From the NCBI GenBank assembly GCA_046485285.1, contig JAWOHE010000028.1:1-12948 (forward strand): a stretch of 12,948 nt of DNA, written 5' to 3'. Position numbers and translations under genes: made by a program. A model generated the notes under the pieces. That model had not been told where the DNA came from, made no database searches, and saw only the letters and a list, made by a program, of their open reading frames with translations. The stretch is from a bacterium. GTDB lineage: Bacteria > Hydrothermota > Tepidihabitantia > Tepidihabitantales > Tepidihabitantaceae. The first letter of the stretch is position 1. Each line of letters starts with the position of its first letter. This document shows, one piece after another, positions 1 to 7,982 of the stretch.

Positions 1-392
1 CGGGCTGCCTTGCCGGCGGTCGCGAGGACCGCCGGCCCGCCGCGTTGAGCTTCCCGGAGTCGCACGGCCACCGGGCCGACTGGACGGTCGGCGGGGCGCT
101 GCTCGGCGGCATCGCCGGCTACACCTTCTTCCTGCTCGCCGGCCCGACCCTCTTCGGCCGCATCGAGTGGGTCGACCGGGTTGTCAACGACAAACACGGC
201 TTCGCCGCCCTGCCCGCGTTCGTCGCCGGCATCGGGATGGCGGTGGACGCGGTGTACCTCGGCTACGTCCTCGGTCGCGCGATCGACCGTCGCAACGACC
301 GGGCCCGGGCAGCCGACCTCGACCGTCGGCTCCAGGCCCTGCTCGACCTCCAGCGCCGCGCCCGGCTCGCCGAGCCGGCCGAAAACCGCTAG
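1..392 (+). CDS. Hypothetical membrane protein, 3' part (probably 5'-truncated by the window edge)
   Basis: The frame is open from nt 3 (GCLAGGREDRRPAALSFPES...) to TAG at 390-392, so TTG at 45 need not be the start. Nearly all codons end in G/C. Two Gly-rich hydrophobic segments (WTVGGALLGGIAGYTFFLLAGPTLF; FAALPAFVAGIGMAVDAVYLGYVLG) are followed by a charged helical tail. Confidence 0.6.
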   Translation, partial: GCLAGGREDRRPAALSFPESHGHRADWTVGGALLGGIAGYTFFLLAGPTLFGRIEWVDRVVNDKHGFAALPAFVAGIGMAVDAVYLGYVLGRAIDRRNDRARAADLDRRLQALLDLQRRARLAEPAENR

Positions 393-3300
393 CGGGTCCT
401 GCTCACCCGGACCGTCGCGGTCTGGCCCTCCGATTGCACGCGCACGAAGTAGGCGCCCGGCGCGACCGCGCGGCCGCCATCGTCGCGGCCATCCCAGGTC
501 CAGCCCACCCGGCCGCCCTCGGCCCGGACGCTGAACGACCGCCTCAGCCTGCCGCCGGCATCGTAGACGCGGCCCTGAGCCCGCCGCCCCGGTACCGCCG
601 CGATACTCAGGCGGACCCGGTCCCGGAACAGGCTCGGCCGGGCCGCCGCGCTCATCAGCACCGGGCGGCAGTCGCCGCCGCTGACAAACGTCACCGGCGC
701 CTCGCCGCCGGTCACCCGGACGTCGTCGATGTAGAACCCCTCGCCGACGTCGCCGTCATTGTCGCTCTTGAACGCGATCTCGACCTCGATGGTCTCGCCC
801 GCCGCGACGAACCCGAGTTCGTAGCGCTCCTCGAACCAGTCGCTCTCGATGCCGTCAAGGCCGCCGCCGAGCGCGCCGCCGGTGCCGATGAAGTCGAGCG
901 TCTCGGACGCGGTCGCCCGCCGGACGATGACGTAGATGCCGTCAACGCCGTAGTTCGGCACGCTGAACCAGCGCCAGAAGTGAAGCGAGCAGTCCCGGGC
1001 CGCCGCGAACGGCAGGGTCCGTAGCCAGGCGTTCATCCCGTTGACGTAGCGCCGGCTGCCCGCGTCGCCGCAGTACCACGACCGGCTCCCCGACCGCGCC
1101 CGGTAGTCGGAGACGTGCCAGCGGTCGCCGGTTCCGCCATGGACCCACTTCCCGGCCCCGGACTCGATGTCGTCCGAGAAACCGAAGTCGCCGATGAGGA
1201 GCTCCAGCGTGTCGCGGAACTCCTCGCCCTCGGAGCTCATCAGGAGCTCGACCGGCGCGAGGTGCGACGCCGGGCAGCCGCCCGCGATGCTGACCTCGAA
1301 GCTGTCCGTCGGGAAGAGCACCGACTTCGGCGCGACGTCGCCGGCGCAGATGCTGTCCGGCCCGAGCACGACGACGTTGGCGTCGAGCGGGTTGAGTCGG
1401 AGCACGACGCCGTGGCCGCGGCCGAAGCTCGGGTTCCGCACCGACAGGCGCACCGCGTTCGTCGCGCCCGGCCGCGCCGGGGGCCGCGCCCAGCCGTGCC
1501 GGTCGACTTCGAGCGCCGTCCTGCCGGCAAGCAAGACCGGCCGGAAGGTCCGGCCACCGCGCACCTCGAGCTCGAACTCGAGGACCTGGCCGTCCTCGAC
1601 GCAGGGCAGCAGCGCGACCCTGAACGCGTCGGCCAGCGCCAGCGACTCGCCCGGCGCAAGCGCCCTCAAGCCCGCCAGCGAGTCGAGCACCTCGACGCTC
1701 CGGCCGCCGCGCAGGACGAGCTCGGTCGCGCTCGACGCCGCGTCGCCGGCGTTGTGGATGACGACCGGCAGGAGAATGGTCTCGAGCGGGTTGGCAATCC
1801 CGTCGTCGTTGCCCAGCGAGTCGTTGACCTCCCAGCCCGCGAAGTTGACGAACGCGCCGGCCGCGACCGGGACCGTCGTCTCGACCGGCCGGTGGTTGCG
1901 CGCGGTCACCGTCAGGGTGAAGTCGCCCGCGGTCGCCGGGTCGCTGTCCAGCCACGCCCGGCCCGCGGCGTCAGTCCGCGCCCGGCCGTAGCTTTCGCCG
2001 TCCTTTGCGAGGCAGACCAGCGCGTCCCCGACGCCCCGGTCCTCGGACAGCACGGTAACCAGCACCCGCGCCGGCCCCGTCGGCAGGGCCGCGGGCGCGG
2101 CTACGGCCAACTCGGCTGGCACCGCGGTCCAGACCGGCATCTCGGGACAGCCCATCAGGTTGAGCTGGTACTGGTGCCAGCGGTAGACGTTCTCGCCGCG
2201 CGAGAACGGCGCGTAGTGGGCGCGAGCGTCGCCCAGCGCCGCGCCGACCCGGCTGTTGCCCCGGTTGACGATCTCGTACCAGAACCGGTCGTCGAACTTG
2301 TCCGAGTAGCCGAACCCGGGGTTCCCCGGCGAGCCCCAGCCGTAGGAGGAATTGCCGACGGTCGCGACCGTGCCGCCGTTCGGGTTGGTGACGAACGCCT
2401 CGCCGATGCTCGTGAAGTCGAACGCGGTCGTCCAGCAGCCGATCGAGAAGATGACCCCGCGGTAGGCGTTGGTGATGGTGTCGGCGTCGACGGTCCGGAG
2501 GTACGGCCAGGGGCCGCAGCTCATCACGTCGATCCAGCCGTGGCCGTCGTGGTTGAGGAAGTTCTGGCCCTCGCGCATCGCCGCCATCACGCTCGCCCGG
2601 CTCTCGTTGCCGAGCCGCTCGTACTTCTTGGTGACCGTGAAGCCGGCCGCGAACGACCGCGCCTCGAGCTTGTCCTTGTGCCGGCCGCCGTCGGTGTAGG
2701 GGTCCTGCCACATCACCTCGGCGAAGAACAGCCCATTGTCCTGGCCCGCCGGCGCCGGCGCGCGCTCGTACTCGAGCACCTTGTTGACGAACGCCCGCGC
2801 CTGGGCGACGTTGTTCACCGGCGCCCGGCCGACGTGGAGGTCCGGGTACAGGTCAACCGAGTCCGCGACCTCGCCGAAGACGTTGTTGCCGTTCGCGTCC
2901 CAGTCGCCGTCGAGGTCGGCGAAGTAGAGGTCCGCGGGCAGCGAGTCCTCGCGCTCGTGGATCCGGCCCTCGCTGACCATCGCGAACGCCTTGCGGAAGG
3001 GCACGACCTCGACGTCGCCGCCGAGCAGGACGAAGCGCGCGCCCGAGTCGGGCACCGCCTTGAGGTAGTTGCGCAGCTTTTCGGCGTCATCGCGGCCCGG
3101 GTGGTTCGCCAGCACCCAGGCGATGTCGCGGATGACCGCCGGCACGCCCTTCCGGGTCTTCCAGTCGGCCAGCCGACGGAAGACGCTGTCGAACTGCGCC
3201 GCGGTGACGATGACGTACTCGAAGTCGTCGCGGTCGAGCGGGGACGCGGGCGCCAGCGGCTCGTAGTCCACCTCGACCCGGACCCGCGTCGCGTGCTCGA

Positions 3301-3766
3301 GCCCGGCCCCGTTCCAGCGCACCGGGTTGACCGCGACGTCGACGACCGTCACGCCGCCGCGCCTGCCGGTGCCGGTCCACTCCCCGGCCGAGGCCGGCCA
3401 GGTCCCGTCCGTCGCGTAGAACGCCGGGTCCGGCGCGGTGAAAGCGGCCGCCGCGGTGCGGAGCGAAAGCGGCCGCTGGGGCTGGGCCGGGAACGGCACC
3501 GCGGCCGCGAGCTCCCGCCAGCCGTCCGCCTCGACCCGGACCGCGCGGACCTTCGCCTGGCCCGGCAGTTCCAGCGCCAGCGGCACGACCGGCAGTTGCG
3601 GCGCGCCGGGCTTGCCGGTGACGTCCATTCCCGCGCCGGTGACGACCGCGTAGCCGTCGCGCTCGTCGAGCGCGAAATCGGCCCGGCGGAAGCTCAGCGT
3701 CGTCTCGAACACCGCCGCGCCGGCGACCCCGGCCGCGGCCGCGAGCAGGCAAAACAGTGATTTCAC
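389..3766 (-). CDS. Secreted C25-family (gingipain-like) cysteine peptidase with propeptide, Ig-like modules, adhesin/MAM-like beta-sandwich and FlgD-Ig/T9SS-like C-terminal domain (~1125 aa)
   Basis: GTG at 3766 is preceded by GGGAGG and starts a signal peptide (MKSLFCLLAAAAGVAGA). Propeptide motif PGAPQLP. C25 core motifs EYVIVT, LADWKTRKG, FVLLGGD, DLYFADLDG, VGRAPV, NHDGHG (His), SIGC (Cys) and LMGCPEMPVWT. GNDDGIANP motif, FSDDIESG...GFYIDDVRV domain, and C-terminal VYDAGGRL...WDGRDDGGRAVAPGAYFVRV. Confidence 0.92.
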   Translation of the reverse strand: MKSLFCLLAAAAGVAGAAVFETTLSFRRADFALDERDGYAVVTGAGMDVTGKPGAPQLPVVPLALELPGQAKVRAVRVEADGWRELAAAVPFPAQPQRPLSLRTAAAAFTAPDPAFYATDGTWPASAGEWTGTGRRGGVTVVDVAVNPVRWNGAGLEHATRVRVEVDYEPLAPASPLDRDDFEYVIVTAAQFDSVFRRLADWKTRKGVPAVIRDIAWVLANHPGRDDAEKLRNYLKAVPDSGARFVLLGGDVEVVPFRKAFAMVSEGRIHEREDSLPADLYFADLDGDWDANGNNVFGEVADSVDLYPDLHVGRAPVNNVAQARAFVNKVLEYERAPAPAGQDNGLFFAEVMWQDPYTDGGRHKDKLEARSFAAGFTVTKKYERLGNESRASVMAAMREGQNFLNHDGHGWIDVMSCGPWPYLRTVDADTITNAYRGVIFSIGCWTTAFDFTSIGEAFVTNPNGGTVATVGNSSYGWGSPGNPGFGYSDKFDDRFWYEIVNRGNSRVGAALGDARAHYAPFSRGENVYRWHQYQLNLMGCPEMPVWTAVPAELAVAAPAALPTGPARVLVTVLSEDRGVGDALVCLAKDGESYGRARTDAAGRAWLDSDPATAGDFTLTVTARNHRPVETTVPVAAGAFVNFAGWEVNDSLGNDDGIANPLETILLPVVIHNAGDAASSATELVLRGGRSVEVLDSLAGLRALAPGESLALADAFRVALLPCVEDGQVLEFELEVRGGRTFRPVLLAGRTALEVDRHGWARPPARPGATNAVRLSVRNPSFGRGHGVVLRLNPLDANVVVLGPDSICAGDVAPKSVLFPTDSFEVSIAGGCPASHLAPVELLMSSEGEEFRDTLELLIGDFGFSDDIESGAGKWVHGGTGDRWHVSDYRARSGSRSWYCGDAGSRRYVNGMNAWLRTLPFAAARDCSLHFWRWFSVPNYGVDGIYVIVRRATASETLDFIGTGGALGGGLDGIESDWFEERYELGFVAAGETIEVEIAFKSDNDGDVGEGFYIDDVRVTGGEAPVTFVSGGDCRPVLMSAAARPSLFRDRVRLSIAAVPGRRAQGRVYDAGGRLRRSFSVRAEGGRVGWTWDGRDDGGRAVAPGAYFVRVQSEGQTATVRVSRTR

Positions 3767-3770
3767 GGTG

Positions 3771-3776
3771 CCTCCC
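3771..3776 (-). promoter_or_regulatory. Shine-Dalgarno site of the C25 peptidase gene
   Basis: The minus strand reads GGGAGG-CACC-GTG(3766). Confidence 0.6.
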
Positions 3777-3912
3777 GGCGCGTGCTGCGCCACAGTTCAT
3801 GGCGCCGGAGCCACGCCCTCGGCGCAGTAAGATGCGGGACTCCCTCAGGATTCCGGAACGGACCCCCGGCGCGTTGCGCCGGGCATTCTGATCTTGCGGA
3901 CCGCACGGAAAC

Positions 3913-3941
3913 AGTATACCGCCGGCCGCGGACCCGGGCAA
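3913..3941 (-). promoter_or_regulatory. Sigma70-type promoter for the C25 peptidase gene
   Basis: Minus strand TTGCCC (3941-3936), 17-nt spacer, TATACT (3918-3913), lying just after the hutI stop codon. Confidence 0.65.
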
Positions 3942-3951
3942 CCCGGGCCGG

Positions 3952-5223
3952 TCAGTCCCGCTCGCGGACGACCCGGCCGCCGCAGATGACCGCGCGGCAG
4001 GGGTTGTGCGCGACGCGGTAGGCGAGGTGGCGGTAGTCGGGCAGGTCGGTCACGACGATGTCCGCGCGCCGGCCTGGCTCGATCGTCCCGGCCTCGACGC
4101 CGAGCGACCGGGCCGCGCCGACCGTCACGCCCCGGACCGCCTCGACAACCGTCAGCCCGTAGAGCAGGCAGGCGAACACGACCGTCATCGGCTGGCCGGC
4201 AAGCGTCGACGAGCCGGGGTTCAGGTCGGTGCCAAGCGCCAGCGTGATGCCCCGCTCCCGCATCCGCGCCACCGGCGCCGGCGTCGCCTCGCGCAGGAAG
4301 AAGCAGGTCCCGGGCAGGAGCTCGGCGACGACCCCGGCCTCGGCCATCATCGCCAGCCCCCGGTCCGACGGCTTGAGCAGGTGCGAGGCCGCGCGTGCGC
4401 CGACCTCGGCCGCGACCTCGGCCCCGCCCGAGCTCTCGATCTCGTCGGCGTGGATGCGCGGCTCGAGCCCGTGCCGCTTCGCCGCCTCGAGGATGCGCCG
4501 GCTGTCCGCAGCCGGGAACACGAAGTTCTCGCAGAAGACGTCGCAGTAGCGGGCCAGCCCCGACTCGGCCACGGCCGGCAGCATCTCGCCCACGACCACC
4601 TCGACGTAGCGTTCGCGCGTCGTCTCCGGCGGAACGCTGTGCGCGCCGAGGAAGGTCGCGACCACCGCCTGCGGGCCCTCCGCCGCCAGCCGCCGGATTG
4701 CCCGGAGCATCTTGAGCTCGGTCGCGGTGTCGAGCCCGTAGCCGGACTTGGCCTCGACCGTCGTCGTGCCCCAGTCGAGCATCTCGGCGAGCCTCGCCCG
4801 GCCCGAGGCGACTAGCTCGTCCTCGCTCGCCGCGCGGGTCGCCCGCACCGAGCTCAGGATGCCGCCGCCGGCCTCGGCGATTTCCCGGTAGCTCCGGCCC
4901 GCGAGCCGGAGCTCGAACTCCTCGTGCCGCCAGCCGCCGAACACCGGGTGGCTGTGCGGGTCGACGAACCCGGGCAGGACGACACCGCCGCGGCAGTCGA
5001 TGACCTCGGCGCGGGACGTGGGCGGCAAAATGGGGACATGACCCGCTTCCGGTCCTCCGGAACCGGGATCGTGTCCCCGCTCTGCCGAGTTTCGTGTCCC
5101 AAACCCGGAGACTTTGCCTGCCTCAACGCTCAGCCAGGCGTCCTCGACCAAGCCCAGCCCGTCGCCGGTCATCGTCAGCAACTGGCCGATGTTGGCCAGC
5201 AGCAGCGGTCCGGCTTCGGCCAT
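3952..5223 (-). CDS. hutI: Imidazolonepropionase (histidine utilisation amidohydrolase), ~423 aa
   Basis: ATG at 5223 (MAEAGPLLLANIGQLLTM) lies 14 nt after the S8 stop. Motifs PGFVDPHSH, GGGI, GTTTVEAKSGYG, TFLGAH, DVFCE, IHADEI, ASHL, LLPGT and LGTDLNPGSS. The ORF-track extension to 5724 overlaps the S8 gene out of frame. Confidence 0.95.
   Translation of the reverse strand: MAEAGPLLLANIGQLLTMTGDGLGLVEDAWLSVEAGKVSGFGTRNSAERGHDPGSGGPEAGHVPILPPTSRAEVIDCRGGVVLPGFVDPHSHPVFGGWRHEEFELRLAGRSYREIAEAGGGILSSVRATRAASEDELVASGRARLAEMLDWGTTTVEAKSGYGLDTATELKMLRAIRRLAAEGPQAVVATFLGAHSVPPETTRERYVEVVVGEMLPAVAESGLARYCDVFCENFVFPAADSRRILEAAKRHGLEPRIHADEIESSGGAEVAAEVGARAASHLLKPSDRGLAMMAEAGVVAELLPGTCFFLREATPAPVARMRERGITLALGTDLNPGSSTLAGQPMTVVFACLLYGLTVVEAVRGVTVGAARSLGVEAGTIEPGRRADIVVTDLPDYRHLAYRVAHNPCRAVICGGRVVRERD
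5023..5087. repeat. Imperfect ~30-bp-arm inverted repeat (REP/RPE-like palindrome) inside hutI
   Basis: Left arm CGGCAAAATGGGGACATGACCCGCTTCCGG (5023-5052), loop TCCT, right arm CCGGAACCGGGATCGTGTCCCCGCTCTGCCG (5057-5087). An extra TCGTGTCCC copy lies at 5092-5100. Confidence 0.75.
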
Positions 5224-5237
5224 TCGCCGCCCCGGAC

Positions 5238-7901
5238 TCAGTCCAGCTTGACCAGCTTGCGCAGCCGGACCCTGCCCTCGGCCTCGAACCGGCAGAGGTA
5301 GACGCCCGGCGCGAGCTCGCGGCCGGCGTCGTCGCGGCCGTTCCAGTGCGCGGTGTGGCGGCCGGCCGGCGCCTGCCCCCGGGCCAGCGTCCGGACCCGG
5401 ACGCCCGCGGCGTTGTAGACCGCGACCTCGACCTCCGCCGCCCGCGGCAGCGCATAGCGGACCGCGGTCCCGCCCCGGAACGGCGTCGGCCGCGCGTCCT
5501 CGAGCGCGAACGCGGTCGGCAGGGCCGCGCCCTCTGCCACCCCGGTCCCCGGGATGACCTCGATTGTGTCGGTGCGCTGGTCGTTGCCCGGGTTCTCGTC
5601 GCCGGCCAGCGCCGAGCGGCAGAGCACCTCGTGCCGGCCGACCGGCTCCGCGGTCCAGTCGCTGAACCGGACCGTGTCGCTCGCCCCGGCCGCCAGCGTC
5701 ACCTCGGCCGAATCGGTGTAGCACATGCTGATCGTGAGGTGCACCGGGAATCTCGCCTCGGCGCTGCCGAAGTTGCGGACGATCGCCGCCGGCACGACCA
5801 CCGTTCCCGAGTCGACCGCACCCGCGGGCGCGAGGATCCTCGTGACGCCGACGTCGACGCGCTCGCCCGTGCTCACCCCGCCGGTGATGACGAGGCCGTA
5901 CGGCTGGCGGCCGCCGGCCGAAACGTTGTAGCCCTCGACCCTGAGCGTCCAGGTCCCCGGCTCCGGGTCGTGGACCCGGAACATCTCGACCGGGTTGAGC
6001 CGGTCCGGGTCGCCGGCCGGGTTCAGCTCGGACCGGCCGCCCGAGTAGCGGCTCCCGAGGAAGCGGTCCCCGCCCGGCGCGGTCAGCGTCGCGTCGAGGT
6101 CGTTGATGAGCGCCGGGTTCGCGCCCGCCGCGGCGGCGGTGTCGGTCCAGACCACGCCCGCCCGGAGCGGCATCTCGTCCGATATCTCGAAGGCATACTC
6201 GACGTACTCGCCGGTCGCGAGCCCGACCGTGTCGTCATAGACCAGCAGCCTGCGCGCGTCGGCCGCGCTGTCGACGAAGAACAGCACCGAGTCGAGGTTG
6301 ATCCGGCCCCAGCCGACGTACTCGCTCGGCACCGTGTAACTGCCGATGTTCGGGTCGGCCGAGACCAGCACCATCGCCTTGAGCAGGGCGGCCGAGACGT
6401 AGCCGAAGCTGTCGGCCGGGTTCTCGGCACCGGTCGGGTAGTAGCCCTTGCGCAGGTACGACCGGCAGAGCCCGATCGCGCCGTTGGTCGCCGGCGCGGC
6501 CATCGACGTGCCGCTCATCGACGTGTAGCTGTTCTGGGTGTTGCGCCGCGCCGAGTTGATGTCCGCGCCCGGGATGCTCAGGTCCGGCTTGATGCGGCCG
6601 TCCGGCGCCGGCCCGCGCGAGGAGAAGGTCGACAGGACCGTCGAGTTCGTCCCGTTCTGGAGCGACGCCGCGCTGATGACCGACTTCGAGTTGCCCGGCT
6701 CGGTAATCTGGTACTGGCTCGTCTGGTACTGGTTGCCGCAGGACTTGATGAGCACGATGTCCCGGTTGAACCAGGCGAAATTGTCGAACGAGGCCGCCGC
6801 GGTCGTGTACTGACCTTTGTCCCCGGTCCACCACGAGTGCGACAGCGTGCGCGGCCGGAGCTCCGGGTTGCGCAGGTCGTTGGTAATCATGTTCAGCGGC
6901 ACGGTGAAGTCGTTGCCCGGCGGCTGGGGAATCGGCGACAGGTGGACGATCCGGGCGTGCCGGGCGTGGCCGTCGTGCAGGCTCGCGCCGCCATTCAGCG
7001 AGTCGTCGCCGGCAATGGTCCCGGCGACGTGGGTGCCGTGGCCGTTCGGGTCGCCGACCCCGCCTGCCGGCGGGTAGTGCTTGAAGACCACGACCTTGCG
7101 GTGGGTCGGGAACTCACCGGTGTCGGCAATCGGAACCGACGGGTCGTAAAAGGCGTGGTGATTGGCGTCAAGCCCGGTGTCGGTGTAGCCGAGTATCTCG
7201 TCCGCGCCGAGCACGCCCTGGTCCCAGACCCGCCGCGCGCCCTGCGCCCAGGTCTGCGCCACCCACTGGCAGTCGACGTTCTCCGGCTCGGGCTCGTGCC
7301 ACTCCTCGACGCTCAGCACGTACGGCAGCCGGGCGATCGCCGCGACCTGGTCCTGCCGGCAGTCGACCTCGACCGCCTTGAAGCTCTCCGACTCGGCGCT
7401 CCGCACCGGCGCGAGCCCGAGCCCGGCCAGGTCCGCGACCGCCCGGCCGAGGTCCGCGTCGCGGAACAGCACGACCGACACCCGGCCGAAACCGGCCCCG
7501 GCCAGCGTCCCGGACCAGTACTTCAGCCCCGGGTGGTACGGCCCGGTCCAGCGCACGAACGGCAGCTCGCCGACCCGCTCGATGCCGTCACGGTCCGCGC
7601 GGACGAACGCGACGAACCGGGAGTGGAAGCCGATGAAGCCCGCAAGCGCCCGGACCTGGTTCTCGCTGACCGGCCCGCCGAACTGGACCAGCCAGTACTC
7701 CTCGCCGGTCCCGTCGCTCAGGAGCTCGGCCGGCAGCGGCACGTGGTCGACGAGCGGGTCGAACCTCGTGCCGTCCCAGAACCCGACCCGGAAGTCGTCC
7801 GCGCCCGCGAGGGGCGCGTAGTGGCCGCGGCCGACCGGCTGGAGCGGGTTCGCGGCCAGTGCCAGCATCGCCGGCAACGCGAGCAGGAGCATTCGCTTCA
7901 T
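5238..7901 (-). CDS. Secreted subtilisin-family (S8, KP-43-like) serine protease with CARDB-like and FlgD-Ig/T9SS-like C-terminal domains, 887 aa
   Basis: Signal peptide MKRMLLLALPAMLALA. Catalytic triad motifs TDTGLD, NGHGTHVAGT and SGTSMAAP, plus FSSRGPAPDGRIKPD. KP-43-like SAALLKAM, GWGRINL, VWTD...LINDLD and DRLNPVE. DVGVTRILAP...VRNFG Ig module and C-terminal VYNAAGVRVRTL...WNGRDDAGRELAPGVYL. AAAGGA SD lies upstream. Confidence 0.94.
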   Translation of the reverse strand: MKRMLLLALPAMLALAANPLQPVGRGHYAPLAGADDFRVGFWDGTRFDPLVDHVPLPAELLSDGTGEEYWLVQFGGPVSENQVRALAGFIGFHSRFVAFVRADRDGIERVGELPFVRWTGPYHPGLKYWSGTLAGAGFGRVSVVLFRDADLGRAVADLAGLGLAPVRSAESESFKAVEVDCRQDQVAAIARLPYVLSVEEWHEPEPENVDCQWVAQTWAQGARRVWDQGVLGADEILGYTDTGLDANHHAFYDPSVPIADTGEFPTHRKVVVFKHYPPAGGVGDPNGHGTHVAGTIAGDDSLNGGASLHDGHARHARIVHLSPIPQPPGNDFTVPLNMITNDLRNPELRPRTLSHSWWTGDKGQYTTAAASFDNFAWFNRDIVLIKSCGNQYQTSQYQITEPGNSKSVISAASLQNGTNSTVLSTFSSRGPAPDGRIKPDLSIPGADINSARRNTQNSYTSMSGTSMAAPATNGAIGLCRSYLRKGYYPTGAENPADSFGYVSAALLKAMVLVSADPNIGSYTVPSEYVGWGRINLDSVLFFVDSAADARRLLVYDDTVGLATGEYVEYAFEISDEMPLRAGVVWTDTAAAAGANPALINDLDATLTAPGGDRFLGSRYSGGRSELNPAGDPDRLNPVEMFRVHDPEPGTWTLRVEGYNVSAGGRQPYGLVITGGVSTGERVDVGVTRILAPAGAVDSGTVVVPAAIVRNFGSAEARFPVHLTISMCYTDSAEVTLAAGASDTVRFSDWTAEPVGRHEVLCRSALAGDENPGNDQRTDTIEVIPGTGVAEGAALPTAFALEDARPTPFRGGTAVRYALPRAAEVEVAVYNAAGVRVRTLARGQAPAGRHTAHWNGRDDAGRELAPGVYLCRFEAEGRVRLRKLVKLD

Positions 7902-7944
7902 CGTCAGATATTCCTTTCTTGAGTCACTGCCGAGATACCCGGAC

Positions 7945-7972
7945 AGTATATCCCGCCCGGCGGCCGGGACAA
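7945..7972 (-). promoter_or_regulatory. Sigma70-type promoter for the S8 protease-hutI unit
   Basis: Minus strand TTGTCC (7972-7967), 16-nt spacer, TATACT (7950-7945), in the 81-nt gap between uvrC and the S8 gene. Confidence 0.6.
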
Positions 7973-7982
7973 CCGCGCCCGG

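Noticed and set aside
3767..3793. Upstream start at 3793 for the C25 gene
   Set aside because: GTG at 3766 has a GGGAGG SD and gives a canonical signal peptide.
3840..3865. TCAGGATTCCGGAACGG resembling SRP (4.5S) RNA domain IV, or a tRNA in the 3767-3912 spacer
   Set aside because: It lacks the conserved GGAA-loop/AGCAG arrangement, and there is no T-loop GTTCRA or cloverleaf.
5224..5724. 167-aa N-terminal extension of HutI in the ORF track
   Set aside because: It overlaps the S8 C-terminus in another frame and is Gly/Arg-rich noise. HutI homology begins at ATG 5223.
1115..7922. Long plus-strand ORFs 1115-3760, 4006-4815 and 5094-7922, and many Arg/Pro/Ala-rich alternative-frame ORFs
   Set aside because: They mirror or overlap the real genes, as expected from stop-codon scarcity at high GC, and their translations are low-complexity.
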